NCBI RefSeq assembly: GCF_001194135.2
Contig: NC_068983.1
Coordinates: 78,732,108-78,796,107 of the forward strand
Reading direction: 5' to 3'
DNA length: 64,000 nt
Origin: Octopus bimaculoides
Taxonomy: Eukaryota
Position 1 is the first letter of the stretch, and every line of letters starts with the position of its first letter. Below, piece by piece: positions 39,971-53,680 of the stretch. A model generated the notes under the pieces. That model searched no databases and was not told the origin of the DNA. It worked only from the letters and a program-made list of their open reading frames with translations. A program made the position numbers and the translations under genes.

Positions 39971-40239
39971 CAGCAAAGAAAAGTACACATTGACTCTCTG
40001 TGCACGATTAGACTCAGCAGTAATTTTATTCAGCTGAATACACGTCATTGATTGGTTGAAATTACCGAAATACGACAACTTTAACACAAAATAACTTCAT
40101 AAATAGAAACTTTTCTCAACAACGCTAAGAATAAAAGATGTTTTATATGACATATTTCACCAGTGTCCGAAGTTTGAAAGTGTTTAGCTACAAAAAATTA
40201 ATTTCTCGATCTGCCAATGAAAGTGAAAATATCCGAAAT

Positions 40240-40380
40240 ATCATAAGGAGAGGAAGCATCATAAGGAAAGGAAACATCATAAGGTAAGGAAATATCATAT
40301 GGGAAGAAAATATCATAAGGTAAGGAAATATAAGGAAAGGAAATATAAGGACAGGAAATATCAAGAAGTAAGGAAATATT
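40240..40380. repeat. Degenerate minisatellite of about 18 bp (atcataaggtaaggaaat)
   Basis: About 8 imperfect units; it produces the PYDISL-repeat ORF at 40198-40386. Confidence 0.8.
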
Positions 40381-40634
40381 TATCACTCTACCAATTCTGC
40401 TCTCTACTGTCCTTACTACTCTAAAAGAATAATTATGATTGTTTCTACCATAGGCACAAAACCTGAAATTTCTGAGTAGAATTAGTCAGCACCATTGACT
40501 CCAGCACTTGACATTTACTTTATTTCATTGACACTTAGTGTTTAAAAGCAAAACTGATCTCACCAATGTTTGAACTCAGAACATAAAGTACAACTAATAT
40601 CAACAACGATGACAATACTTACGCCACCAACAGC

Positions 40635-40830
40635 TCCAGTGATTACAGCATTAAGATGCAATAGATTAATACTTAAAGCTGCACTAAATGCAAAAAATAA
40701 GGTGATAGGCATCAATACTTGAGCTGTTCCAATAATAAGGTACAATTATAATATTCCTTAATCGAATACAGAATGAACGAAGAAGAGATGATGGAAAAAT
40801 AAGAAAAGTAATGACTACAGGAAGATTACC
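40635..40830 (+). mobile_element. Degraded R4/Dong-like fragment (post-RT region)
   Basis: LNAKNKVIGINT*AVPIIRYNYNI is homologous to the peptide at 26086-26170. Confidence 0.7.
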
Positions 40831-41835
40831 GTAAAAACTCTTGTAATTTGCACACCTGTGTAATTTACGCAGGTGATTTTCAGGATAAAAATTGTTAAAA
40901 AAGCTTCTACTCATGTAAAATTTGCACCCAAAAGTTTTCAGAATTGCTGATATGGCTAGGGGGAAATAGTCTTCAATTTAGTTGTATTTAGCATAATTTC
41001 ACTTACTTATGATTAGATTTTATTAAATTTTCATCAAATAAAATTAATTTCTGTTTAACAGGTACTACATTGAAAGCTGTTAAATTATGAAGTGTTTGTG
41101 TTGTTTATAATAAACTCTATTTTACATTTCTTGCCCACAAGAGATTATGTCCAATCTTTAGCATATGTCTTCTCAAATCATGATCACAGGAAAAGCTGTT
41201 GATAATTCTTATCAGAAAAAACAAAGCTGATAATTATGCACAAGTGTTGCAAAATAAGTTTAATTACCAATAAACATCAGCTTGGATGACACTTTACTCA
41301 ACCAGTAGAGGAAGGTGGCCAATAAAACTGATTATATAAACAGAATTCTGATAGGTCGAAAGAATCTTCTTGTCTCAAGCTCTAATTTTCTGCCTATCCT
41401 TGTCAGAACCTTTGATATGGAATATCGAAGTTTTAATCCCTTTCACACTTATAAAATGTCAAGCTAACTTAAAAATTTGTCATTGACCAAACTGATAGTT
41501 TTGGCAACCTGCTAAAATAAACATTAAAAATTGAAAGGATAAAATAAACAGCTTTGTAAGTTTATTGAACAAGAGAGGTGTGAAACTTAAGAAGCGACTT
41601 GTTAAAATATACACGTCTAAGAGGAGACATAAACAAGAATAGCAAAAATCTATTATACCAAAAGAACTGGTAATACATACATTGCAAGTGCTCTATGAAC
41701 AGAACATAAGATTGCTGTATTATTCAACATGAATGTGAAACGATATTAAACATTGTATAAGGTAAATGAAAGGTTCTGTAGGAATGCTAAGTCATATTCA
41801 CTTAGTGGGATTACATGTGAAAGGATGAATTATGA

Positions 41836-43205
41836 TGTTGTCATTGGCAATGTCAGCAGTGATGAATTTCATTGTCCTTATCATGCATGGGAACTGAAAA
41901 GTGGTTCACCTACCTTCCTCTCTCATCTGTGCTTGTCGAGTAGTAGTCACTCCAGCAATCCGGCCTACCCTGTCACACAGTATAAGCAGCTGCTATCTGA
42001 CGAACCCGGGAGCAAATTCCTTGACGACCATGGGCAAGAATAAGCCAACCCTGTCCTGTCTCCCCCGCACTTCTCTTCTCACGCTTCCTCTTCTGGTCAG
42101 TCCCCACACGCCCCACTAATCTCAAAGATCACCTCCTCACTTCACTCCATGTCGAAATCTACCACCCACCCAGGTTGGCACCTTGCACGTTGTGATCTTC
42201 TTAAACTGGGAACCTCATTTTCTTCCTCTTCTCCACAATCATCATCCGATGAAGCGACAATCCTACGAACATCCAAGACATGATGCGGCATTCTATCCAC
42301 AGAAATGTTGTTTTGGGAATTGACAGCCATCACTATTCCTCTGTTCCACTGAGTTGTACAACATGCTTTGGTGGCTTGACCCAGACTTCATCTCCCACCT
42401 CCACAAAGTCAGGCCCTCTCTCTTCTACAGAGCATCTTGATGGTTTACTCGGATGTCGCCATTCATGTTTCTATGTAGCATGGACACTTCAGCCTGTCCT
42501 GATCGGGGTGACATGTACCAGAACACTGCTTCCAGGAGTGAGACATGTCACCTCTTCACCATGGCTTGATCGTTCGATGATGTCTCTCAACAATCCCATT
42601 TCCAATCAGCCTGTATGCTGCTCTGAAAAAGTGGTGCACTTTCCACTTGTCAAGCATCTCCTTCAGTGCCTCCAAACGAAATGCTGTGCTATTGTCCATC
42701 AGCAATTCATCCACAAGGCCCCACTCTAAGAATACCACACTTAGAATATGTGCCATCTCGTCCGCAGTGCCTGCCCACAATTCCCTCCAAATGGCCATCC
42801 AGCCTAGCCCACAGTCGACCATCGAGAGATACGTCCCCTGCTGGCAGTGTGTTACATCCACTGCTAGTCATCTCCAGTTGTGCTCTACCAAAATGTTTCC
42901 CTGCTCTTGCTCACTCAGGGCAGGGTTGATAGATTGACACCTGTCACAGTTCCCAACCACCTTTTGGATGCTCTGTCTGGTAACGTTGGCATCAATCCTC
43001 CTGGCGAGATGCAGGGTCCTATCCACTCCCATATGGTGCATGGCATGCAGTCTCCTAAGCTCAGAGCCATTTAACTGACATACAGCGGCTACCTCTTGCT
43101 TCAATTCTTCCAGATCCCCTAACCAGGCCTTTTTTACCCTGGTTAGAGTGTCTGCCTTGTTTCTCTCTGAAGGCACAAAGAATACATTCAGCTTCAGGCC
43201 AGACT
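41836..43205 (-). mobile_element. 5'-truncated Gypsy-type LTR retrotransposon: RNase H end, integrase and putative 3' LTR
   Basis: VPSERNKADTLTRV; HHCC zinc finger HAMHHMG...CDRCQ; core LLMDNSTAF...NGIVERHHRTIK; frameshifted. A purine tract follows the stop at 42142, and a putative LTR ends in caaca at 41836. Confidence 0.85.
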
Positions 43206-44520
43206 CACCAATCAGTTTGGTGTTTCTTGTTTCCTAAGCTTACCCAAGAAAGACTACATCCATGCACATAGAAGAGTCAAGATTACACAAATGGAAGCTA
43301 TGCCAGCATAATGAAATGTCAATAGAAAGGATATGGTACACACCACAAAAAGTGAATATATGACATGGAAAACACCCTATACAAAAGGAATGAAATGATA
43401 CATCCCAACAGGGTGTCAGCCTACTAAATTTAATCGAGGAACCCAACAGATCCAGGATTACCTTCACTATCAAGTTTTTTCTGTTGGACCTTACTCACAA
43501 CACACCCATCTTTCAGTACATGTAGTGGAAGACATCACCACATCTCTGCATGTATTTGGAAGGAGTTCATGACAGCTAGTCCACCTTACAATGTCTTTTA
43601 CCAGAGTTACCAAACAAATGAAAACTACCTGCCCTTCATTTTCACTTGACCAAGCTCCACCAAAGAAACAATTTGAGGAGCAATATACCTATTATTAATA
43701 TCTCCATGCTGAATTACAAAATTAACCACAAGCTACTAGTAAAGCTTAAAGTAATCCTTATAATCTTCTTCAGTTTCTAAAGTTTTATAAGAATAAACCT
43801 ACTAGCTGGAGTCACTAAATAAAACAAGAGCCAAAAAGGGAGCTTCGTCTACCTACTAGAAATAGCAGCTAAATCTGTTTCAGATCACACTCTGGTAACT
43901 TAAAATAAAACACCTTGATACAATGTCTGTAAAAACACTTAGATTCAAAATGTCTCTAAAAAAATGGATGATTGTGACTGGCCTACCTTTGATATAATGT
44001 ATCATCAGGACTGATAAGGAGTTAAATAACAACAAACAACATCAATAACTACTAAAGCAAACTGTTAAAATTCAATGAAATTGTAAACATTATTTATATA
44101 GAGAGACAAGTGTTCTCCATTGTACTAGATCAATAATAGGCTTCACTTAAATCAAACTTGTTTATTTCAACACAAGCAACATACTTAATTTCAAAGGTTA
44201 CCTTGACATATAAAGGAATAAATTCTTAAGTACATTTCCTTCAAGTTAACATAGATCTTGTAAATACATATTTCTCATATATCAAAACTTGCCTGTACAT
44301 TGGTACATCAACAATAAACTAGATCTCCAATATGATTCCAATATATAGGAATAATAGACTTCATCCATTGCTTGGTTTGACATGACAGCCTCTTTTCTGA
44401 CCAGCTCAGACCAGAGAAATGAACCAAATGTTTGCAACAAGTGGGCCAACAGCATGGATCTACAATTCTGAGGGGACCTACTCTCCTTGCTAGAGGTAAA
44501 AGAAGATGCTTTCGATAAAA

Positions 44521-44522
<2 letters not shown>

Positions 44523-44604
<82 letters not shown>
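44523..44604. repeat. Perfect (CT)n microsatellite
   Basis: Seen directly. Confidence 0.97.
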
Positions 44605-44607
<3 letters not shown>

Positions 44608-45049
44608 TCTGCTATTTGTAATTTTGTCATAAACAGTTTATGATATGTATCTGAAAACTGAAAATATGTGAACTGAACTAATTCATACTATTGTAGTGTT
44701 GTGCCTTAATAGCAGGGTAATCAAGTGGGGTTGTTTGAGTATCATCAAGCAATCACATGAACTCTCTTCTTTTCAATACAGAAAACCAGCATCAAAAATC
44801 CTGCACACCACTAGAACAACTACCCAAGCACAAAATGTCAAATTTGCACAGTAGTTAAAACAGATCTCAAATTCTCAGAAGACTTTCTAAAAGTCATTGA
44901 AAGCTTCTGTTTCTTATACAACCTAAAATTAGCAATGGAGGAGTGTGTTCTTAAAGCAGAGCAGTCAAAGTAAGAATCAAGTGGAAAATTCAGGAAGCTC
45001 TATAAGGATGTGGTTCACTCTCAGAGGGAAGAGCAGATTGCATGATGTA

Positions 45050-45133
45050 TGCATGTGTGTGCACATGCACATGTGTGTGCACATGCACATGTGTGTGCAC
45101 ATGCACATGTGTGTGCACATGCACATGTGTGTG
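45050..45133. repeat. 18-bp alternating purine-pyrimidine minisatellite (gcacatgcacatgtgtgt), about 4.5 copies
   Basis: Seen directly. Confidence 0.9.
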
Positions 45134-45801
45134 AATTTGCATTTTACATTTCACATGAAAAGACAGAAGTATCAATCTAAAAATGATGAAGTTTGTTGAC
45201 ATATTGACATTCCCTGTAAGGAAAATTGTCCTCTAGCTCTTTGAAAAGCAAATTAAGTAATAAATTCTTCACTTGAAAAAGCATATAAAGATTTGTGCCA
45301 AAAAGGACTTCCACCTGTAAAACAATGCCTCGATAATATGTATTCATCTAATCCATGCTAGCATGGAAAACACTTGTAAAGAAGTGAATACTAAATGAAT
45401 GAAAAACATAGATACATATATTTCCCAGAGGTAAGCTTCCTCTCTATAAAACTGCATCACTTTTGCATGATCCTACATTTATTACCTATAGTATGTTTTT
45501 TAAAAAAAATCTATTTTGCTATTCAATTTCATCAAAAGCTGCCACCAGTTCTTCAGAGGACCCTTTGCAAACAAATAAACAAATCTATTCTGTCATCTTT
45601 TAACAAATATTTCAACAAAATTGTATTTGTATACTTTTCAATATTTGCTGACATATGGAAATATATAATTCATAACTTATAGATGAACCTATAGAACATA
45701 TCTATGTGTGTATGTTGCTTGTGTTTATGGCAATAGGAAGTGAGTAAGAGAGAGACAGACAGAGGTTGAGAAAGAAAGAGAGAGAGATAGGACAGAAGAG
45801 A

Positions 45802-45847
<46 letters not shown>

Positions 45848-46564
45848 GTTTGTGCATATACAGTTTGATATATGCACTGATACATAAACTTAAAATTCTG
45901 TTGTTATTAAACCCTTCTTTGTCTCACTTTGGATTATATTCATTTCAATCCTATTAGAACTATGGTAAATAGCAGTATATATTCTATATATACTTTATTA
46001 TTGTTATTCTTGGAAGATATCAAAACAATTGAAAATGTCATATTCTAGCTAAGTTTTATGACTACTCTATATTACACCTTTATCTACTTAAAATATAATC
46101 TATTCTGACAAAATATTTTGCAATGCTTTCATTGATATCAACCAAGTATTGAATATAGTTGAAATATTACAAAAATAAAAACGGATCTATTACTTTTCTA
46201 GAATGCTTTATGAGAAAGAAAACATTTTGATCTACATGACGTGTGTCAAATGGAAAAGAAAAAAAAAAAAAAGAATTCCAGTCAGATAATAAAAGTGCAT
46301 ACCTTGGGACTGAAGTAGATCTAGTAGAGAGGAGGGGGTCGAGGTTTGATAAAGTAGAGGTGTTTTATATTTGATCATTGAAACAAGACTCACTGATAAC
46401 TGATAAAACGATTCAACAGATATATAAACATGAGATATTCTACAGACTTGATACAAATCCATAGTATCACATAGTACTAAAATCAAATAGATACATCACA
46501 ATGAGCATGAAATTGTGACTGTTGGTCATAGTTATTACTTTTTTTGCAATTCCTTCACTTTAGT

Positions 46565-46895
46565 TGGTCGTCTCTCCCTCTCAGCCTTTCTCTCCCTCTC
46601 ATCCTTTCTCTCTCCCTCTCAGCATTTCTCTCCCTCTCAGCCTCTCTCTCTCCCTCTCAGCCTCTCTCTCTCCCTCTCAGCCTCTCTCTCTCCCTCTCAA
46701 CCCCTCTCTAACTCTCAGTCTCTCTCTCTCTCTCAGCTTTTCTTTCCTGCTCAGCCGTACTCTTCCACTCAACTTCTCTCTCCTTCTCAGCTTCTCTCTC
46801 ACTCTCAACTTCTCTCTCCCTCTCTGCCTCTTTCTCCCTCTCAGCCTCTCTCTCTCCCTCTCAGCCTCTCTCTCCCTCTCAATCTCTCTCCCCCT
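46565..46895. repeat. CT-rich compound minisatellite (ctctctctctccctctcagc-like, about 20-bp unit)
   Basis: Seen directly; it explains the S/L/P-rich ORFs. Confidence 0.9.
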
Positions 46896-47299
46896 CTTTT
46901 TCCCCCACTTTATCTGTCTCATTCTAGCTTATCATTTTGTAAGACTTAACAATTATTATTTCAAAGGAAAAAGCTAATCATACTCTTTTAAAACGTTTTC
47001 CATCCTTGAAATATCAGAGGTAAAAATATATTTATTTCTTTTTATCTCAAGGCTCTCAAATAACCTCATTTTAAAGTTCAATTTTCATTCAGTAAATGCT
47101 ACAATTCCTTTCATCAACAGCATCCTCCTTAGACGTGAGCATTCTGAAAAGTTAAAATGGTATGGAATACTTTTATATGACCCCTTTAATCTAATGTTTA
47201 CCTCTAATTAACTTTGATTGAGCAAACCTATGACCAAAAGCATTCCAACTGTGACCATTCGGTTTTTTTTTTGTTTTTTTATGGATATCAAGCACTTCT

Positions 47300-48090
47300 C
47301 TTTCTCTTGTGTCATAGCATATTCATGCCATTGATAAATCATGGCTTGTTCTCACTCGATTTATTTCTGTCTCTCGTAACATCACCCAGGTCTTTCGCAC
47401 TCTGCAGGTTCATTCTCCTCTTCATCCAGTCGAACATCTTTATTTTCTGCCTTCCTCTCACTCTCCTTCCCACCAGCTCAGTCTCCACCATGTAATGATC
47501 CATTCCATCATTCTCTCTGAGAAAATGACCAACAAATCTCCACTGTCTCTCTTTGATAGTATCCATCAACTGTCTCTTCGTTTTCATCGTCTTCAACACT
47601 TCCACATTCGTCACCCTCTGTACCCACGAGATTCTAAGCATTTTCCTATAAAACCACATTTCTGCAGCTTTGAGTCTCTTCTCCATGACTTTGCTTATTG
47701 TCCAAGACTCACATTCATGTTAGCACTGACCAGATGTAGCACTTCAGTAGTCTTTTCTTGACTTCCATTCCAATTCTCTTTACACAAAAAATACTCTTCA
47801 TATCCATAAAATTCTTCTTTGCTAATCCAATTCTGCACTTGATGTCCTTATCTGACTTTCCATCTGATGTTATCCTACTTCCCAGATATACGAAACTGTC
47901 CTTCTACTCTATCCCAGTTCCATTCACAATCAAGTGACATGTGGGCACCTGTGCTTTCTTGGTACAGCCCATTGAAAAGGTTTCCTGCAGTTAATCATCG
48001 GTACAAGCTTTCCACTCTCCTCAGTCACGATATTAATCAATCCCTGAAGCATTATGTTACCCAATTTTTCCGTATTTCTTTAAGACAATG
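47300..48090 (-). mobile_element. RTE-clade LINE fragment (RT end and C-terminal domain)
   Basis: FVYLGSRITSDG, and ORF 47339-47686 KRLKAAEMWFYRKMLRISW...QWRFVGH...GRRVRGRQ. Confidence 0.88.
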
Positions 48091-48344
48091 GAGTTTGGTA
48101 TGAGAGAGATTTAGCTGCTACTTCTAGCAAGACAAACTGTCATGTAGGGACTACCTCACACTCTTATCACATCAGCCTTTAAGGTTTTATATTATGTAAA
48201 GCATATAAGGAGCTCTAGCCAGTAACAACTGCCTCTACAATATTGAGCTTTGTCAACATGGTTAGATAGGTGTCTCAAATATCTTATTTGCTCAAAAGTC
48301 ACTTAAACTGCCTTTGATGTAGATTTTTTTTACTCAGTAATTTC

Positions 48345-48463
48345 AGTTAGCAACTATGTCTAGTTAGCAACTATGTCTAGTTAGCAACTATGTCTAGTTA
48401 GCAACTATGTCTAGTTAGCAACTATGTCTAGTTAGCAACTATGTCTAGTTAGCAACTATGTCC
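48345..48463. repeat. 17-bp tandem array, 7 copies (agttagcaactatgtct)
   Basis: Seven near-perfect units directly abutting a SINE head. Confidence 0.95.
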
Positions 48464-48915
48464 AGGCGGTAAGCTGGCAGAATCGTTAACATGCTGGGCG
48501 AAATGCTTAGCGGTATTCTGTCTGCCATTAAGTTCTGAATTCAAATTCTGCCAAGGTCAACTTTACTTTTCATCCTTTCAGGGTCAATAAAATTAGTACC
48601 AGTTATGCACTGCGGTTGAAGCAATCAATTTAATCCCTTCCCCCAAATTTGAGGCCTTGTGCTTCCAGTAAAAAGGATTATTATTTAACTTCAGAAGATG
48701 CCAAGCTGGCAGAATCATTAACAGTAGCATGCCAGACAAAATGTTTAGAGGCATTTCATGTCTTTACAGTCTGGGTTAAAATTTCACCTAAATCAACTTT
48801 GCTTTTCATTCTTTTGGGGTCGATAAATTAAGTACAAGTCAAGCACTGGGGGGGGGGGTCGATGTAATCGACTACCCCATCTCCTACAAAATTTCAGGCC
48901 TTGTGCCTGAAATAC
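48464..48915 (+). mobile_element. Two tandem family-2-related SINEs
   Basis: Heads at about 48464 and 48700, each followed by the tttcatc(c/a)ttt...gtc(a/g)ataaa core. Confidence 0.75.
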
Positions 48916-49759
48916 AAATGATTATTTAGTTCCAGATCAAATCCATAATCAAATTCATCTATAATTTTTCCAATTTTTACTCAGGCACAGTTCACCCAGG
49001 ACTACAATATACAATGTCTCCTTTCTGAACTCAGTAAGATATATTGTGAGATAGATTTGGTTACTGTTTCAAGCAATTAAAGCAACAACATAGAGGCTCT
49101 GTCATTAACTCACCAATCATTTGGAAGTCTGAGCTGTAAAAGAAAAAAAAAAACATCTACTTGATAACTTATCAAATTACTTCTTGAATAATTATGTGAC
49201 TAACCTTTATATGTCTAAAAGAATATAAATGTTTCATGTTTATCAAGGAGAGTTTAATACACTCTGACACCTAAGAGTATTAAAACCAAATAAATCACCT
49301 TTACCAGTTTTATGATAGGCTGAGAATTAGATTTAGGATTGTAATCAAGCTACTTCAGAGTAGCATAAGCCATTGCAGTAATGTACAAGAAAGAAACAAC
49401 ATATCTGTGAGTCTGGGAGTTATTGTTGTTGTATACCCCAAGTCAGTCTGTGACTTTTTACATAGTTTCCAAGACTAGTAGAAGGGAGGGAGAAAGGGAT
49501 CTTCAAACTGAAGACCTGACCAGAATGTTTGTAATGGAATGTTTGTAAAGACACCCTGGGTACCAGTTATTTATGACTGATTAAGTATTCTACCCAAGTA
49601 AGCCAGAGCAGAGTTTGAACTCAGAATGTAAAGAAGTGGAACAAACATCACAACACATCTGGTTCAATGTTCTTACAATTCTGCCAATTCATTTTGATTG
49701 ATGGGTCTTTTTATGGCTGGGTTCCAACCCAGGCTGCATTAACAAATGGACACTTCTTG

Positions 49760-50370
49760 GTCCAATATCATTACCTCAAGGTCTTGGCCAGTATCTGTGA
49801 TCAAGAGTTGTTGATGCAAGTGTGATGTTTTCCCTTTCTTACATCACCATGAAGTGGGTTCCACAAGACTAATTTGGATGCCTCTAGTTCAGGGTGGCTA
49901 CAGATAACAATGATGAAGACCTTGGTTTCACCACTGACCAGCAAAGACTACCAACAGTAACCATCACAGACTTGGACTTTGTAGATGATAAAGCATGTAT
50001 ATTTGATGAAGTAGATCAAGCACAGCAGAGTAGAAACATCAGCTGCCAAAATTGGATGGATGGCACACAATGTCACACAAATGTCAAGAAAACCAAATAC
50101 ATATCTTTCAAGCAATCCAGTTATGTTGACCTGTTTGCTTTGAGTGGTTCCAAATTAAATGTTGCTGAAGACTTCAAGTACTTAGGTGAGTGAGAGCAGT
50201 TTGGAAGCAGGTGTCAAGATCAACAAGGCACAATCATGGACAGCCTGTCACAAACTAAAGGTCTGGGTCTGGAACTCCAAATTGCCTAGGTGGATCAAAA
50301 TCAAGCTGTTCATTGCAACCGTCAAATTGATGCTATCATAAGACTGTGAAACATGAAGACTGACAAGGAA
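49760..50370 (+). mobile_element. Degraded RTE-type reverse transcriptase fragment
   Basis: TITDLDFVDD (F.DD motif), then NVKKTKYISF and EDFKYLG. Confidence 0.75.
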
Positions 50371-52428
50371 ATTGCCCCAGATAGTTGCTTATTTTTAATT
50401 AACCCTAAAAGATTGAAAAGTAAAATTGACTTCTGTAAGATTTGAACTCAGATAGCGAGCAATCAGAACAAATAACTACAAAGAATTCCATCTGATACTC
50501 TAAGAACTCAGCCAATAAAGCCATGACCATCTTGTCTTCTTAAACATAGCATAGCTAGAATTACATTATCCAAATGTGTCTTTCCAATACTGAAATTGAT
50601 TGGATGTAATTTGAGAGAAATTTAGATGCTGTTTCAGAAAGTTGGGCAACCATGGACACAGATTAAAAGAAGTTTATGTTAAGTCAAATCGACATTTGAT
50701 TTTTATGTTAACTTAGATTTGATAATTGTGTCTACTACAACACTGTTTTCCTTTATATATATGAGTTGTACTCCTATGTAGAGCTTCCTTGATATTTGTA
50801 AACAGACAGAAATTGATCAGGACTTAAGTATTTCATGGCTCTGAAATAGTTTTAATTCACAGATTTGGCAAAGTCATATAAAGATGATAAGATAAAACCT
50901 TTACATGGACACTGGATCTGCCAGAAATAACAGCTAAATCTCACTCAAATCACATGCAACAATCTTAAATAATGAAAGTGGTTCTGGGTTCCTGCACATA
51001 GAAAAGATAGGGTGGTCATTGCTTGAAGTCCTTTGAACATTGGTCTACTTTAGGATGGTCAACTAGGGGCTGAACAACAAAAGAAATTAGAAGTCCTAGT
51101 ATTTTTAATGGCAGTGATGATAGTGGTTTTATATATTGTTCATGCATAAGAAAAATGTAATGAAGGTCTGTTGTTGTTGAAGAAAGTGGGTACATCAGAA
51201 CCTATAGGGCATAGGTCAGAGAGAACTGCCATCAACAAATGTTGTAAAGAGGTAGAAAATATTTGACAGGAAACTTCTGATCTGAGAGATTAAAGATGAT
51301 GAAAAGCAAAAGTAAGCAACTGCACTAAGGGGTTCACATTGCAAGACACATTTGAAGTCTTTGCTGAGGAAAGTAAGACTCCAGAAGATAATGGTGTGTG
51401 TGAGTGTGTGTGTGTGCATGTGTGAGTGTGTGTTTGTGTGTGTATTTATATAATACAGTTACGACAGCTAGCACCTCATATCTCGTAATTTCACATTACT
51501 GATCATCTGGCTGGATTCAAAGTGCACTTCATAAGGTGCAACTTGTCATAATCATAAATAACTTTTGCCTTTTGACACTGAGTACAGTTTTAAACTTTTT
51601 GTCTGTACCTGCATACATTCTATGCATATGTTGTGTATGTGTGTGTGTGTGAATGGGTGTATATGTGTATGTATGTGTGTGCGTGTGTGTGTGTGTTGTC
51701 AAGATGTATAAATGTGTGTGTGTTTTAGATATAACATGCAAAGCATGTTGCTTGCAAACTTTTGAAAAGGGCATTTTACACCAAAATGTCAACTACCACT
51801 TACAATTTAATAATCAAATTATTCGAGAAAATTTAGTGATATAATTTACAAAAACTGTACTGTATAGCTCATTCTTAAATCATTTTACTTACCTAATTTG
51901 ATCCATATGTTTTAATTTAACTAAATACATTCATTTAGTCAGATGCGGAAAACAGACTTAAGGTAAGCGCAGAAGAAAACAAACCCTGCTAGTATTATAT
52001 CAAGAGACCTTAAGATTTCAGCAATTTATCAATTTACACAGGAAAGGGGAGTTAATAACTTGCAATAGAATTTTCAAATGGAAATTTATACAGGTATTTC
52101 ATCCCATGAAAGCTTACCAATTTAAGAAAACATTATAGTTAACCAATGGGATCATCAATTGAGAGAAATCCTAAGAACATGTGAAATCTTGTAATAAGGT
52201 TTCTTTTCCTTTGTAAAGGTATTATATATTGTGAAATACCAGTTATAATCTGGTTAAATAATTTGTTACAGAAAATGAGTGATATAAATTGTATAACTTG
52301 TGCTGTATGGCTTTAATAATTCATTTAACACACACACACACACACACAGATTAGTATATAAATAGATGTGTAGATAGATAGAGGCATGCATACATACACA
52401 CATACATATACTCATACATACACCCCCT

Positions 52429-52473
<45 letters not shown>

Positions 52474-53454
52474 CATACATTCATATATGAATATATATAT
52501 ACACAAACACACACAGACACACTCACACACACACTCACACACACCTACACAGTCACACGCACACACATGTATATAGTTTGATATTGCTAGTTGGGAACAA
52601 AGCAGAAATCCATGAATTTCAACAGAGCAATTGTAACATGATGACTGCAATGGGTGTACACGAGTTTCACCTCCTACAAAGATATTCAAAGTGCATGTAT
52701 GATTGTGTGTCAATGTGTGCATATCTATGCACATGTTTTGCATATAAGCATACATTTACATGTATATATACATATATATGTATGTGTGTGTAAATATATA
52801 TATATATATATATATATATTCATATATTTCTCTGTGAGTGTGTGTGTGTGTGTGTGTTTGTGTGTGTATTTGTGTGTGTGTGTATTCGTGTACATGCATT
52901 TTGTATGTATATTGCACCTCATTGAACTAACTGCTCTATTCAAGAAGAATTCTTTGTGAATAAATTAGATATAGAAAATTAAAACCAGCATATATAATTC
53001 CTTCTATTGATTTCTCAACCTATTTCAGCTTTGAAATATCCTGTATCACACAACATAGGAAACCGTTCTTGTGTTATAATAAATAAACTCCTCACCATGT
53101 TTGTATCATAGTTTCCTTTAACAGATCTTTTGATGGACACTTTATTGAAAATAGTTATTGTTTGATTATCTTCATGTTATCATTATCAACAGCAACATAA
53201 TTTAGCATCTACTTTCTAATGCTATTTTTGTTTGCACCTGATTTGGATCAACTAAATTGCTTTCCTCTATTCATCCTTAATGCTTTTAGTGGTTCTGAAC
53301 ACATATTTAGACATTTTTCATCTTTTATCATCATCACATGGTTACTATATTTTTCATTCTACTTAGGCTTTGTCTTTTCAGAATAAATATGTAACTATAA
53401 TTCCCATTCATATACTTTATTCATCTGGACTCCAACACTTATATTCATTTATAT

Positions 53455-53680
53455 TTTTACTTGTTTCGGTCGTTTGATTGTGGCCATGTTTCAGCAGTGC
53501 CTTACAGGATTTTAGTTGAATAAATCAACCCCAGGACTTATTCTTTGTAAACTTAATGTTTATTCTATCAGTCTCTTTTTTGCTAAACCACTAAGTTACT
53601 GGGAGATAAAGGCACAAGCATTGGTTGTCTAGTGATGGTGGAGGGACAAATACAGACACAAAGACATATACACGTAAATA
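53455..53680 (-). mobile_element. SINE family 1, 3' half
   Basis: Reverse-complement homology to 1620-1835. Confidence 0.75.

Noticed and set aside
40198-40386. PYDISL-repeat protein
   Set aside because: It is the translation of an 18-bp degenerate minisatellite with no convincing splice or start context.
43240-43700. Possible LINE endonuclease remnant (LLNLIEEPNR...LLDL)
   Set aside because: Too degraded to call.
45180-45330. Strong minus-strand acceptor at about 45315 with a 45-codon open frame
   Set aside because: The acceptor lies in a decayed copy of the ...ccagctgtaaaacaatgcc...catgctagcatgg repeat, and there is no good donor.
48345-48463. CRISPR-like array (also 16728-16870)
   Set aside because: There are no unique spacers and no cas genes, and the context is eukaryotic; these are simple tandem repeats.
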